Assembly: GCA_019058365.1 (NCBI GenBank) | Contig: JAHPZE010000019.1 | Coordinates: forward strand, 1-64,000 | Length of the DNA stretch: 64,000 nucleotides | Reading direction: 5' to 3' | Source of the DNA: Promethearchaeota archaeon | GTDB lineage: Archaea; Asgardarchaeota; Lokiarchaeia; Sigyniarchaeales; SOKP01 | Shown: positions 40,393-49,644 of the stretch, in pieces | How the letters are laid out: each line of letters opens with the position of its first letter | Position numbering within the stretch: the first letter of the stretch is position 1 | Position numbers and translations under genes: made by a program | Notes under the pieces: generated by a model | What the model saw: the letters and a program-made list of their open reading frames with translations, nothing else | Database searches by the model: none | What the model was told of the DNA's origin: nothing

Positions 40393-41640
40393 CTATTGTT
40401 TCAGCTTTACCTGCTTAACTTGAGTTGCTTTTTCGGGAGAAACATCGTGAAAAACACCTTCTGCCATAAATATTGTGACGGTACCATCTGCTTGTAATTC
40501 CGAAACCCAGCTTCCCTTGTGCCGTCCCCAGTTTCCCGTGTCTGTATATTCACGTAGATAAGTCGTTGCGAGGAGCGCCCACTCATCAAGTTCTTCTGGT
40601 TGTGACACTTTAATGGGTGCTGAATCTGCCAATCCAATCCAATCCCTCCAATCATGAGCTTCATATCGGTCTCCCCTTACACGATCGGTTGAGGGATTCC
40701 ACCTCCCACCTCTATAATTTACACGAGACTTTACCCAAAGCCATGAATTTATATTCACTATAGAAATATAGCCAATAGGTGGAGACTCAGCTTCGAATGC
40801 TTCATAAGATTCCTTAGCGAAATCATCATTCACTTTTGACTCGAGATAATTAAGTAAAAACTTAATAAGAGCACTTGTGTCAATCATTGAGGATTTAGAA
40901 TTTTTATCTAATTTTTCTTCAATTTCTCTACAATAAGCTATAATATATGGAATTTGATGCTCTTCGAATGCATGGAAATCGGAGTCGCCAAATTTCTTCA
41001 TTCCCCATTTATATACTGGATTCTTGTAAAGATCCAACCATATTAATTTATCTAAATTACCTAACCCTTTAACTTCTGTAATCTTATTATTTTTAAGATA
41101 TAAAGTTTTTAAATTTTTTAGATTTTCAAGTCCTTTAAGCTCAGTTACTTGATTATTTTCAAACCATAACTCACGTAAATTAATAAGGTTCTCAAAACCT
41201 TTAATCTCAGTAATTTTATTATCACATAACCATAATGAACGCAAATTAGTAAGATTTTCTAAACCTTTGATCTCGCTAATTTGATTTTCATGAATTAATA
41301 ATGTTTTTAAATTCACCAACTTCTCTAGTCCTTTTATCTCGGTAATTTGATTAGAAGAGAGAGAAAGCACTTCCAAATTAGTAAGATTCTCTAACCCTTT
41401 TATCTCTGAAATTTGATTCTTATTAAGAGTTAAATTTTGTAAATTAATCATATTTTTTAATCCTTTTATCTCGGTAATTTGATTGGAAGAGAGAGAAAGC
41501 CCTTCTAAATTAGTAAGATTTTCTAAGCCTTTAATCTCCGAAATATCCGAAATGTCTTTCATATTTATAGAAAGCCACAAAAGTCCAGAAATTTCATCTT
41601 TTTTAGTATAAAATTTTTCACACTTAAATTCAACAGACAT
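40393..41640 (-). CDS. SDS22/internalin-like leucine-rich repeat protein with unknown Trp-rich C-terminal domain
   Basis: About 8 repeats of 22 aa (EIKGLENLTNLxxLxLxxNQI); 3' third is compositionally distinct. Confidence 0.85.
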   Translation of the reverse strand: MSVEFKCEKFYTKKDEISGLLWLSINMKDISDISEIKGLENLTNLEGLSLSSNQITEIKGLKNMINLQNLTLNKNQISEIKGLENLTNLEVLSLSSNQITEIKGLEKLVNLKTLLIHENQISEIKGLENLTNLRSLWLCDNKITEIKGFENLINLRELWFENNQVTELKGLENLKNLKTLYLKNNKITEVKGLGNLDKLIWLDLYKNPVYKWGMKKFGDSDFHAFEEHQIPYIIAYCREIEEKLDKNSKSSMIDTSALIKFLLNYLESKVNDDFAKESYEAFEAESPPIGYISIVNINSWLWVKSRVNYRGGRWNPSTDRVRGDRYEAHDWRDWIGLADSAPIKVSQPEELDEWALLATTYLREYTDTGNWGRHKGSWVSELQADGTVTIFMAEGVFHDVSPEKATQVKQVKLKQ

Positions 41641-41700
41641 TATATTATTAGAAGCTTATGTTATAATTAAAATTATAATAATTATTCATGGAAGTAGAAA

Positions 41701-41778
41701 ATTAAGATTTATATTTCAATAAAATTGCCATTTTATAATATCATTTATTAATTTCGAAGAATATGTAGATATAAATAG
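41701..41778. repeat. 78-bp direct repeat, copy 2
   Basis: Matches 40241-40318 at 72/78 positions; the copies are 1460 bp apart and flank the LRR gene. Confidence 0.9.
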
Positions 41779-41799
41779 TATCATGATTGGTGAAGTTTA

Positions 41800-43374
41800 A
41801 TAAATAAAATCAACAGAGCTATTCTCTGTATAATAGACAATCTAAGATCAGACCATTTATTTGATTTTATAGGTAAAGGTTTACTCCCTAATATTGAAAA
41901 ATTAATGAATAATGGTATTTTTTCCAAAAATTGTATTACAGATTTTCCAGCAGTGACTTATCCAACTCAAGCATCGATGATTACTGGAACATATACGGGT
42001 GATTATAAAAAAGAATTTTGTCATGGGGTTCCTTTGATGGATTGGTTGGATCGTGATAAAATACCTCCAAGTCTAAGGAGTTATGCTGCCAAAGATATGC
42101 AAATTTATAAGATAAATGAAGATCTAGGAAATAATTGCAGAACTATCCTCGAGATGGTAGGAGAAGGAAACACTACGAGTATTACCCAGTTTATTAACAG
42201 AGGTACTAAATATTTCTACCCTGAAAGAAGAACTAAACTTGCTTTATTTTATCTTCTTTTATATTATTCCCAAAATACAAAAAAGACAATGGTCAGAGTA
42301 AATTCATTAGTAGTTCAAAAATTACTAGAGACTTTTAAGAATCCAAAGAAATTTTTTAATAATAAAGAACCACCAATAGCATCTTTACTCTGGTTTGTGT
42401 CTTCTGACATATTGTTACATTTATTTGGATCTGATTCCTGGATTTATAAATTAAATTTATTACATATAGATAAAGTAATAGGATTGTTAATTAACGAATT
42501 AGATAAATTGGGTTATTTAAGCGATACTGTAATTGCAATTACTTCAGATCATGGAAATTATAAAGCAGATAGGTTAGGAAATTTGCAGTCATTTCTTAAT
42601 CGAAATAAATTGATACAATACCATCCTCGGAAAAAAAAAAGGGGGAATTTTGATCTAGCTAAGTATGACGGTGTAGGGTTCTTTTATTTTAAAGGAACAA
42701 ATAATTCAGATAAGAAATATCAATGGTCGCCCCCCACTCTGATGGATCTTGAATCATATGGTCCAAATAAAATAAATTTATTAAACCAATTATTCAAGAT
42801 TGACGCTAGTCAATTGATGTTTTATCGAGGTGATAATAATACCTCTAAAGAAGGAATTATTTATCTAAAGAAAAGATGTAAAGAGAATAATCAAATATTA
42901 ACATCTATCATTGAATATCAAGGAACTGGCTTTGATTATAAAACAAGATATATACCAAATGATGAAGAAAATGATATGTTTAATTACTTTAATGATACAA
43001 CAGCCTGTCAACTCTTAGATAATAAATTCCATACAACTCAAGAATGGTTAATGGCAACTTATCATCTTGATTATCCTATGCTACCAGACTTAATACCACG
43101 CCATTTTAAAAATCCCCGAAGTGCAGATATCATTCTTAGCAATGATGGGAGTATAGTGTATAACATACATCATGGAAAACAGACAGGAAAGAATATTTCT
43201 AATCATGATTTAGGCTTAAAAAGATGTATGAATGTTCCTTTAATAATAGGAGGATCCTTAGAAATTCCAAGTAAAGAATTAACTTATTGTAAAATAACTG
43301 ATATTGTTCCAACATTATTGAAGTTATTAGGAAAAAATCCACATAAGAGTGTGGTAGGATCTAGTCTTGTATAA
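41800..43374 (+). CDS. Alkaline phosphatase superfamily nucleotide pyrophosphatase/phosphodiesterase
   Basis: The frame extends upstream of ATG 41905 through AILCIIDNLRSD (first metal ligand); FPAVTYP nucleophile, D..LH, TSDHG, HD, DIVPTLL. Probable ATA start at 41800. Confidence 0.82.
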   Translation: MNKINRAILCIIDNLRSDHLFDFIGKGLLPNIEKLMNNGIFSKNCITDFPAVTYPTQASMITGTYTGDYKKEFCHGVPLMDWLDRDKIPPSLRSYAAKDMQIYKINEDLGNNCRTILEMVGEGNTTSITQFINRGTKYFYPERRTKLALFYLLLYYSQNTKKTMVRVNSLVVQKLLETFKNPKKFFNNKEPPIASLLWFVSSDILLHLFGSDSWIYKLNLLHIDKVIGLLINELDKLGYLSDTVIAITSDHGNYKADRLGNLQSFLNRNKLIQYHPRKKKRGNFDLAKYDGVGFFYFKGTNNSDKKYQWSPPTLMDLESYGPNKINLLNQLFKIDASQLMFYRGDNNTSKEGIIYLKKRCKENNQILTSIIEYQGTGFDYKTRYIPNDEENDMFNYFNDTTACQLLDNKFHTTQEWLMATYHLDYPMLPDLIPRHFKNPRSADIILSNDGSIVYNIHHGKQTGKNISNHDLGLKRCMNVPLIIGGSLEIPSKELTYCKITDIVPTLLKLLGKNPHKSVVGSSLV

Positions 43375-43409
43375 AATCTATTTCTTGGTATTTTGCTTAA
43401 AAATAGAGT

Positions 43410-43488
43410 CTATATATAATATATATGATATATAGAGGTTTTATTTATGATTTGTTAAATAAATAAAATAAATAGAACACTATATAAT
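43410..43488. promoter_or_regulatory. (C)TATATA(G) repeat cluster, putative archaeal Pho box
   Basis: CTATATATAATATATATGATATATAG and CTATATAAT; similar clusters lie upstream of pstC-A and between pstS and its regulator. Confidence 0.4.
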
Positions 43489-43542
43489 ATCATTATATTA
43501 GAATTTATATTTGAAAAGTAGACAACTGTGTAATCTTGGCTT

Positions 43543-43641
43543 ATGAAAAGGCAAATTTGGATATTTATCGCATTAATAATTGGGATTTCATGTGGTATAA
43601 TTTTTGCTATAATAGATAATTTTATACGATCATTCATTTAA
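43543..43641 (+). CDS. Putative 32-aa single-TM small protein
   Basis: MKRQIWIFIALIIGISCGIIFAIIDNFIRSFI; ends 12 nt before the SBP gene; below the ORF-track size cut-off. Confidence 0.5.
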   Translation: MKRQIWIFIALIIGISCGIIFAIIDNFIRSFI

Positions 43642-43653
43642 GGCTAAAAAAAT

Positions 43654-44778
43654 ATGAGCCGACAACGTAAAGCAAGAAAGCGAAGTAAAACAATTTTCGT
43701 GTTTATTTTTATTTGTGGATTTCTTTTAGGTTTTTCTACAACGAATTTTGTAATTACAAGTAGGGAGCAAAAAACACATATTACGATTATTTATAGTTCT
43801 GAAAAGGCAAGTTGGATGACAGTTGCTTATTCAGATTTTATGGATGAGTGGCAAATTTCCCATCCGGATGACCCAATAACGATTGACATGCAACCCTATG
43901 GCTCTTCAAACTCAATAATTAGTATTCTCAATGGTGAGATTTATCCTACTATCTGGAGTCCTGCAAGCTCAATTTGGATGCCATTATTAAACTCTAAATG
44001 GGCAGATCTGTCTCATAGTTCCATTCCTATAGTAAATATTAGCGCTGCAGTTAAAATTATATATTCACCGATAGTAATTGCTACGTGGGAATCTTTTAAT
44101 CAAACTCACAATATAAAGGGATTCAAAGATGTGCATAATCTGACTTTAGATCCAACTGTAAACATTAGAATGGCTCATACTGATCCCCGTTTATCAAATT
44201 CAGGTTTTATGACTGTGATAATGGCATTATCTGCTGCTTCTGGTACTTCTTCAGAGAATTTAACAATGTCTGATCTTACAAATCCCAACAATCAACAATG
44301 GTTAAGAGAATTTGAGTCTAGTGCTGTAGTGTATGGAACATCTACAGGTTTCTTAGCACGTTATATGAAAGATCAGGGCCCTACTGCTTTGAATATAGCT
44401 TTCTTATATGAAAATTTAATAAGAGATATTTCAAGCACAGCTACAGGAGGAAAAATCATTGCTATTTATCCAGAGGAAGGTACCTTATATAGTGACCATC
44501 CATTTTGTATATTAAATGCTGATTGGATTAGTCCTCAGCAAAGAATAGTAGCTGAAGCATTCCTTAATTTTCTAAATGAAAATCGAACCGTTATTTCTGC
44601 CTTGGAGTATGGATTTAGACCCATTGATCCTTCAATTCCATTAGATCCTGAAGTATTTAACTATGAGACTAATGGAATTGCCTATGAGCTTAATGTTCCT
44701 GAAATGAATACACCATTAGATGGAGATGTATTATTAAAAATCCCCGATTTATGGTTATTGTGTAAAGCAACAGCATAA
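43654..44778 (+). CDS. ABC transporter substrate-binding protein (type usually associated with vWA domains)
   Basis: N-terminal TM anchor; YSSEK, WSPAS, SPIVIA, TDPRLSNSG, YENL, YPEEGTLYSDHPF, YGFRP. Confidence 0.75.
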   Translation: MSRQRKARKRSKTIFVFIFICGFLLGFSTTNFVITSREQKTHITIIYSSEKASWMTVAYSDFMDEWQISHPDDPITIDMQPYGSSNSIISILNGEIYPTIWSPASSIWMPLLNSKWADLSHSSIPIVNISAAVKIIYSPIVIATWESFNQTHNIKGFKDVHNLTLDPTVNIRMAHTDPRLSNSGFMTVIMALSAASGTSSENLTMSDLTNPNNQQWLREFESSAVVYGTSTGFLARYMKDQGPTALNIAFLYENLIRDISSTATGGKIIAIYPEEGTLYSDHPFCILNADWISPQQRIVAEAFLNFLNENRTVISALEYGFRPIDPSIPLDPEVFNYETNGIAYELNVPEMNTPLDGDVLLKIPDLWLLCKATA

Positions 44779-44796
44779 GAGAAAATAATAATTAAA

Positions 44797-46473
44797 ATGT
44801 TAAAAAAAAATAATAAAGAAAATCAAAGTTTTAAAGAAGAGTATCTGGAAGAGGAATTGAAATTACCTCTTAGTCTAAAAATAGACAGATTCTTTTCTAA
44901 ATCAATATATAGAAAAAGCTTAGATACTATTGTAATTATATTCTTTATTTTGGTTATTATAGGTCCAATAATTAACATCTTTGCTACAATTCTTTTAAAT
45001 ATTCCTGCAATAAATAAAGATGTTTTTAATGATGAATTATTAGGTAATTTACAGTGGCTTAACATACTGAGAGCTTTGGGATATTCCTTCTCAATTGCAT
45101 CTATAGCTGTTGGGTTTGATATTATTATTGCCTTCCCTATTTCCATAATTTTAACTCGTTATAATTTTAGAGGGAAAAAAATTCTTGATGCTATGGTAGA
45201 TTTGCCAATGGCAGTTCCTACAAGTGCATTAGGGTTTTCCATAATGTTGTTTTGGGGAATATTTGGAATCGAACCTGGATTTACACTGATTTTACTTGGA
45301 CATATTGTCTTTACCTTTCCATATATTGTACGGAACATGAAGATAGTATTAGAAAAAACTGCTACACTTTATGAAGATGCAGCCCGAACCCTTGGTGCTC
45401 CAGGGATTACAGTATTTCGAACTATCACAGTTCCGTTGATGAAGGAAGGATTAATAGCCGGTGCTGTTCTTGCATTTACAAGAAGTTTAGGTGAAACTGG
45501 TGCTACAATTATTCTTTCAGGTTTAGTAGAAACTGCGCCAATTCTTATTGTTGGTTTTAGAAGGCAATTAGAGCTACCATCTGCTTCATTATTAGCAGGA
45601 ATATTAATAACTGTATCTATTTTGCTATTATTTTCAATAAAATTCTTAACGCGTAAAGTAGGAATCCCTGTTAAATCTGTATGGCCAAAAATTGAAAGAT
45701 TTTTAAGTAAAAAGAATTTAAGATATTTAAGGGATGTTTTAACTTTAACAATTCTTTTCGTTGTGATTCTTATCCCTGCTTTTTATATTTTGGTAGAAAT
45801 TGTTGGAGAGAATATCATAGGGGAAGTATTTTTAGGCCAAGACTATAAATGGGTATTTATATATACAAGTTTTATTTATTCAATAGAAATTGGAGCTTTA
45901 GCTGTATTTATAAATCTCATTTTTGGAATACCTTTTGCCTTTATAATTACAAACCGAAATTGGGGGAAGTTTATTACATTTTTAGATACTATTTTAGACA
46001 TCCCCATTGCAATTCCTTCAGCAGCTTTAGGATTTGCAACATTCATGTTTTGGGGGCCAGTTGGTTTAGGATTATTTCAATCTGGGTTTTTTATGATCCT
46101 GTTTGTACATGTTGCTTTTACATTTCCATATATGGTTCGACCTATTATCGGAGTTTTGGAATCTTCAAATAAAGGTGTCGAGGAAGCTGCTCGTACTTTA
46201 GGTGCTTCAAATATGACTGTATTTAGAAAAATTACTCTTCCTAATATAAAACAAGGAATGATTGCGGGAGGTATCATGACATTCACACGTTCACTTGGAG
46301 AAACAGGTGCAACTATTGTTGTAATGGGAGGTATACGGACTGTTCCAGTACTAATTGTGGATTTCGTTGAGGCAAATGCTTATGCATCAGGAATCTTTGC
46401 TAGTGTTATTGTTATAATTTTTAGTACATTCCTAATTTTTGCTTTAAGAGCGGTAAGCAAAAAGGGAGGATAA
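44797..46473 (+). CDS. ABC transporter permease with two fused TM domains (ModB/CysTW/FbpB-like)
   Basis: Two EAA loops (YEDAARTLGA, VEEAARTLGA) and two FTRSLGETGAT motifs. Confidence 0.9.
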   Translation: MLKKNNKENQSFKEEYLEEELKLPLSLKIDRFFSKSIYRKSLDTIVIIFFILVIIGPIINIFATILLNIPAINKDVFNDELLGNLQWLNILRALGYSFSIASIAVGFDIIIAFPISIILTRYNFRGKKILDAMVDLPMAVPTSALGFSIMLFWGIFGIEPGFTLILLGHIVFTFPYIVRNMKIVLEKTATLYEDAARTLGAPGITVFRTITVPLMKEGLIAGAVLAFTRSLGETGATIILSGLVETAPILIVGFRRQLELPSASLLAGILITVSILLLFSIKFLTRKVGIPVKSVWPKIERFLSKKNLRYLRDVLTLTILFVVILIPAFYILVEIVGENIIGEVFLGQDYKWVFIYTSFIYSIEIGALAVFINLIFGIPFAFIITNRNWGKFITFLDTILDIPIAIPSAALGFATFMFWGPVGLGLFQSGFFMILFVHVAFTFPYMVRPIIGVLESSNKGVEEAARTLGASNMTVFRKITLPNIKQGMIAGGIMTFTRSLGETGATIVVMGGIRTVPVLIVDFVEANAYASGIFASVIVIIFSTFLIFALRAVSKKGG

Positions 46474-46477
46474 TCTC

Positions 46478-47623
46478 GTGCCCACTATAGAATTAGTGAA
46501 AGTTACAAAAACATTTAATGAAGGAAAAGTTCTTGCTGTGGATAATATTTCTGTAAGAATTGAGCACGGGGAATATGTTTTTTTAATAGGGCCTACTGGT
46601 TGTGGAAAAACTACAACACTTAGAATGATTGCGGGACTTGAAGAACCAACTAAAGGAAAAGTTTTAATAGATGAAAAAGACGTTAAAGGCATCCCTCCTG
46701 AAGATAGAGATATGGGTTTTATTTTTCAGCATTTCGAAATTTTTGATCATTTAACAATATGGGAAAATGTAACTTTCGGTTTAGAAATGCGAGGCTATGA
46801 TGATGATTATATCATTAAAGAAGCTGAGAAAGCTCTCAAGACTGTTGATTTATTACAGTATGCTGATGAGTATCCATCAATTTTTGGAAATCCCGGGCTG
46901 CAAAAATTAGGTATAGCTAGAGCTATTGCAACTGGAGCTAAAATTTTAATTATGGATGAGCCATTAGGATCTCTAGATCCTAAAGTATCTAAAGTTTTCC
47001 GTCATGAATTGAGAAATTTAGTAAAAGATTTGGGTCTTACCGCTATACATGTCACTCACAATCAAGAAGAATCAATGGCTATAGCCGATAAAATAATTAT
47101 TATGAGAGGAGGAAAACTTCTTCAAATGGGATCTCCTTATGAATTATATGAAAATCCTGATAGTATTTTTGTTGCAAATTTTTTAGGAGAAACAAATTTT
47201 CTTCAAGGTTTTGTACTAAAGTTGCTTGAAGATAAAGAAATGGAAATACGTATTCGTTTAGGTGGTCCTAAATTAAATACTAATAATTTTAATAATAAAT
47301 TTAATTTAGATGATAATGTAGTAATCGCTTTTCGCTTCGAAAATGTATATTTATTTCCAGAAGGTTATGATTTTAAAACTAGTCAATATGATTGGTCAAA
47401 TATGCAATTCTTTAAAGCAATTTTAGAAAATTCAAGATTTATTGGAGCAACAAAAAGATTTTACTTATATTTAGATAATGGTGATAAATTTATATCAGTA
47501 AAGCCAGGTAATTTTGAGGAAAGCTTTATACCCGGACAAAGATTAATAATTGGAATTCACAAAGATGATATCCATGTATTTAAAGCCCCAGAAAACATTC
47601 TATATGAACTCTCTTTATCATAG
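46478..47623 (+). CDS. ABC ATPase 1 (MalK/PotA-like), degenerate signature motif
   Basis: GPTGCGKTT, Q-loop FQ, MDEP, HVTHN; signature reads FGNPG instead of LSGGQ; TOBE-like tail. Confidence 0.9.
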   Translation: MPTIELVKVTKTFNEGKVLAVDNISVRIEHGEYVFLIGPTGCGKTTTLRMIAGLEEPTKGKVLIDEKDVKGIPPEDRDMGFIFQHFEIFDHLTIWENVTFGLEMRGYDDDYIIKEAEKALKTVDLLQYADEYPSIFGNPGLQKLGIARAIATGAKILIMDEPLGSLDPKVSKVFRHELRNLVKDLGLTAIHVTHNQEESMAIADKIIIMRGGKLLQMGSPYELYENPDSIFVANFLGETNFLQGFVLKLLEDKEMEIRIRLGGPKLNTNNFNNKFNLDDNVVIAFRFENVYLFPEGYDFKTSQYDWSNMQFFKAILENSRFIGATKRFYLYLDNGDKFISVKPGNFEESFIPGQRLIIGIHKDDIHVFKAPENILYELSLS

Positions 47624-47634
47624 GTGAAAAACTA

Positions 47635-48858
47635 GTGGTACATATTGAATTGAAAAATGTCTCAAAAAAATTTAGAAATTTCACAGCATTAGATAATATT
47701 TCAGTAGAGATTAAAGATAGGGAATACTTTATTATTTTAGGTCCTACTGGAGCCGGTAAAACTACTTTCCTTAAACTTATCGCGGGACTTCTTAAACCTG
47801 ATTCTGGAATGATATTTTTTGATGGTAAGGACGTAACCAAAAAATCTGCTGGTGAAAGAAACATTGGTTTTATGTTTGAAAACTATGCTTTATTTCCTCA
47901 TATGAATATTGTCGAAAATATTTCTTACAGTGGTCGGGTTCATGCAAGAGATCCTCAAGCCACTCAAACTCTAGTTGATCAAGTCTTAATGATGACTCTA
48001 TTAACAGGGAGAAATGATGCATATCCAAATGAGTTAAGTGGTGGAATGAGACAAAGAGTTGCCTTATGTCGATCCTTGCTAAATCTAGAGCAGACAAAAT
48101 TATTGATTTTAGATGAACCTTTAAAAGCGCTTGATGCTGGACTTAGAATGAGTTTAAGTAGAGAATTACTCCTAATGGCAAAATCTAAAGAATTAGGCTT
48201 GACAGTTGTTCATGTTACCAATGATGAAGAAGAAGCAATGATGGCTGCTGATAGAATAGCAGTAATTAATCAAGGTAAACTTGTTCAGATTGGGACACCC
48301 CATGAAATTTATTATCAACCTAAAGATCTTTTTGTTGCAAACTTTTTAAGCGAAATCAACTATTTTGAAGGAATTTGTACTAAAAAAGAAATACCAGCAT
48401 GGGATATTTACAGTAAATCAAAACAAGGAGATAAATTCTTCAAGAAGATTCAAGAAGATTCGGTTCCAATGCCAATAAATATTGGCTTTAAAAATGTTTT
48501 TGCTGGTTATTTAAATGAATCACAATATAATGAAATTCAGCATGGAGATAAAGTATTATTAATTGTTCGAGCCAACCACATGAAAATTCGGCTTGGTAAT
48601 CGTGTTAATGAAAAGAAAAATGCAATCTTAGGAATTATACTCCGTCGTAAATTTATGGGAGTATTCTACCGATTCGAAATCCTTGTAAAAATAAACCATA
48701 AAGATAAAGTTATTGTCGTCACCAGATCAGCCACTTATGAAATTCATAAATCATTTTTAGAGAATTCTGAAGTAACATTATATTTTCCAAAAGAGTTAGG
48801 GATAATAATCAAGCATCCTGGTGATAATGTAATAAAAGAAGTATTAAAATTAGAATAA
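47635..48858 (+). CDS. ABC ATPase 2 (MalK/PotA-like), degenerate Q-loop and H-switch
   Basis: GPTGAGKTT, LSGGM, LDEP; Q-loop reads FE and H-switch reads HVTND. Confidence 0.9.
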   Translation: MVHIELKNVSKKFRNFTALDNISVEIKDREYFIILGPTGAGKTTFLKLIAGLLKPDSGMIFFDGKDVTKKSAGERNIGFMFENYALFPHMNIVENISYSGRVHARDPQATQTLVDQVLMMTLLTGRNDAYPNELSGGMRQRVALCRSLLNLEQTKLLILDEPLKALDAGLRMSLSRELLLMAKSKELGLTVVHVTNDEEEAMMAADRIAVINQGKLVQIGTPHEIYYQPKDLFVANFLSEINYFEGICTKKEIPAWDIYSKSKQGDKFFKKIQEDSVPMPINIGFKNVFAGYLNESQYNEIQHGDKVLLIVRANHMKIRLGNRVNEKKNAILGIILRRKFMGVFYRFEILVKINHKDKVIVVTRSATYEIHKSFLENSEVTLYFPKELGIIIKHPGDNVIKEVLKLE

Positions 48859-48912
48859 AAATAATAAATAATATTGAAATAAAGAAGAATATAAAAATAA
48901 AAGGGATATTTT

Positions 48913-49599
48913 ATGAGTTCTTTAATGGAATGGTTTAAATCTCGGAATGAAGAAAATGCAATGAATTTAGCTTTAGTTCATACTCAGAAAGTTCTTGAAT
49001 GTATTGTTGAATTTGATAAAGGTCTATCTTTTCTTCTTGAGGAAAAAAATATTGATCTTGCGTTAAAAGTTTTTTTCCGAGTTGATGAATTAGAACACCA
49101 AGCTGATGGAATCCGCAGAAATATTTTAAATATGATATCTCAAGCTGAACTTCCATCTAAAATCCGTGAGAATTTAATGCATCTTGTTAAAAGAATTGAT
49201 GACATTGCGAATGCAGCCAATGCGAGTGCTAGGATTCTCATCTCCATGAATCATATGGATTTTATGAGCTTGGGGGATGATGTTCATAAAAATATCTTGG
49301 AGATTTCAAGAATTTCAGTAGAAGCTGTTAAAAAAGTAAATAAAATGGTAGACCTATTATTAAAAGCAGAGGAAGTAAATATCCAGAGGTTAGGAGAAGA
49401 AGTGAATAAGTTAGAACATCAATGTGATGAAAAGCATTACGCAATAAGTAGAAGTTTAGTATCAAGCAATCTACAAATTAATCCATTTAGCGCAATTGTA
49501 ATTTACAATTGTATCTCTGCCATGGAAGCAATTAGTGATAATGCAGAGGATGTAGCTGATTATATAATAATGCTTACATTAGCAAAAAGACTAAAATAA
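48913..49599 (+). CDS. DUF47 / PhoU-like phosphate transport regulator
   Basis: LEHQAD..RR, LVKRIDDIA, LEHQCD and ISDNAEDVAD motifs. Confidence 0.85.
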   Translation: MSSLMEWFKSRNEENAMNLALVHTQKVLECIVEFDKGLSFLLEEKNIDLALKVFFRVDELEHQADGIRRNILNMISQAELPSKIRENLMHLVKRIDDIANAANASARILISMNHMDFMSLGDDVHKNILEISRISVEAVKKVNKMVDLLLKAEEVNIQRLGEEVNKLEHQCDEKHYAISRSLVSSNLQINPFSAIVIYNCISAMEAISDNAEDVADYIIMLTLAKRLK

Positions 49600-49644
49600 A
49601 CATTTTATTTCTAGAAATATCCTTTTAAGGCGTATATCAACCTT

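Noticed and set aside
41040-41560. 66/132-bp periodic DNA repeats as a CRISPR array or DGR template/variable repeats
   Set aside because: They are in-frame LRR codons without unique spacers, and there are no cas or reverse transcriptase genes.
38970-41778. tRNA-Thr as the attachment site for the LRR cassette
   Set aside because: I found no duplicated tRNA 3' end and no integrase, the M42 gene intervenes, and the flanking repeat is unrelated to the tRNA.
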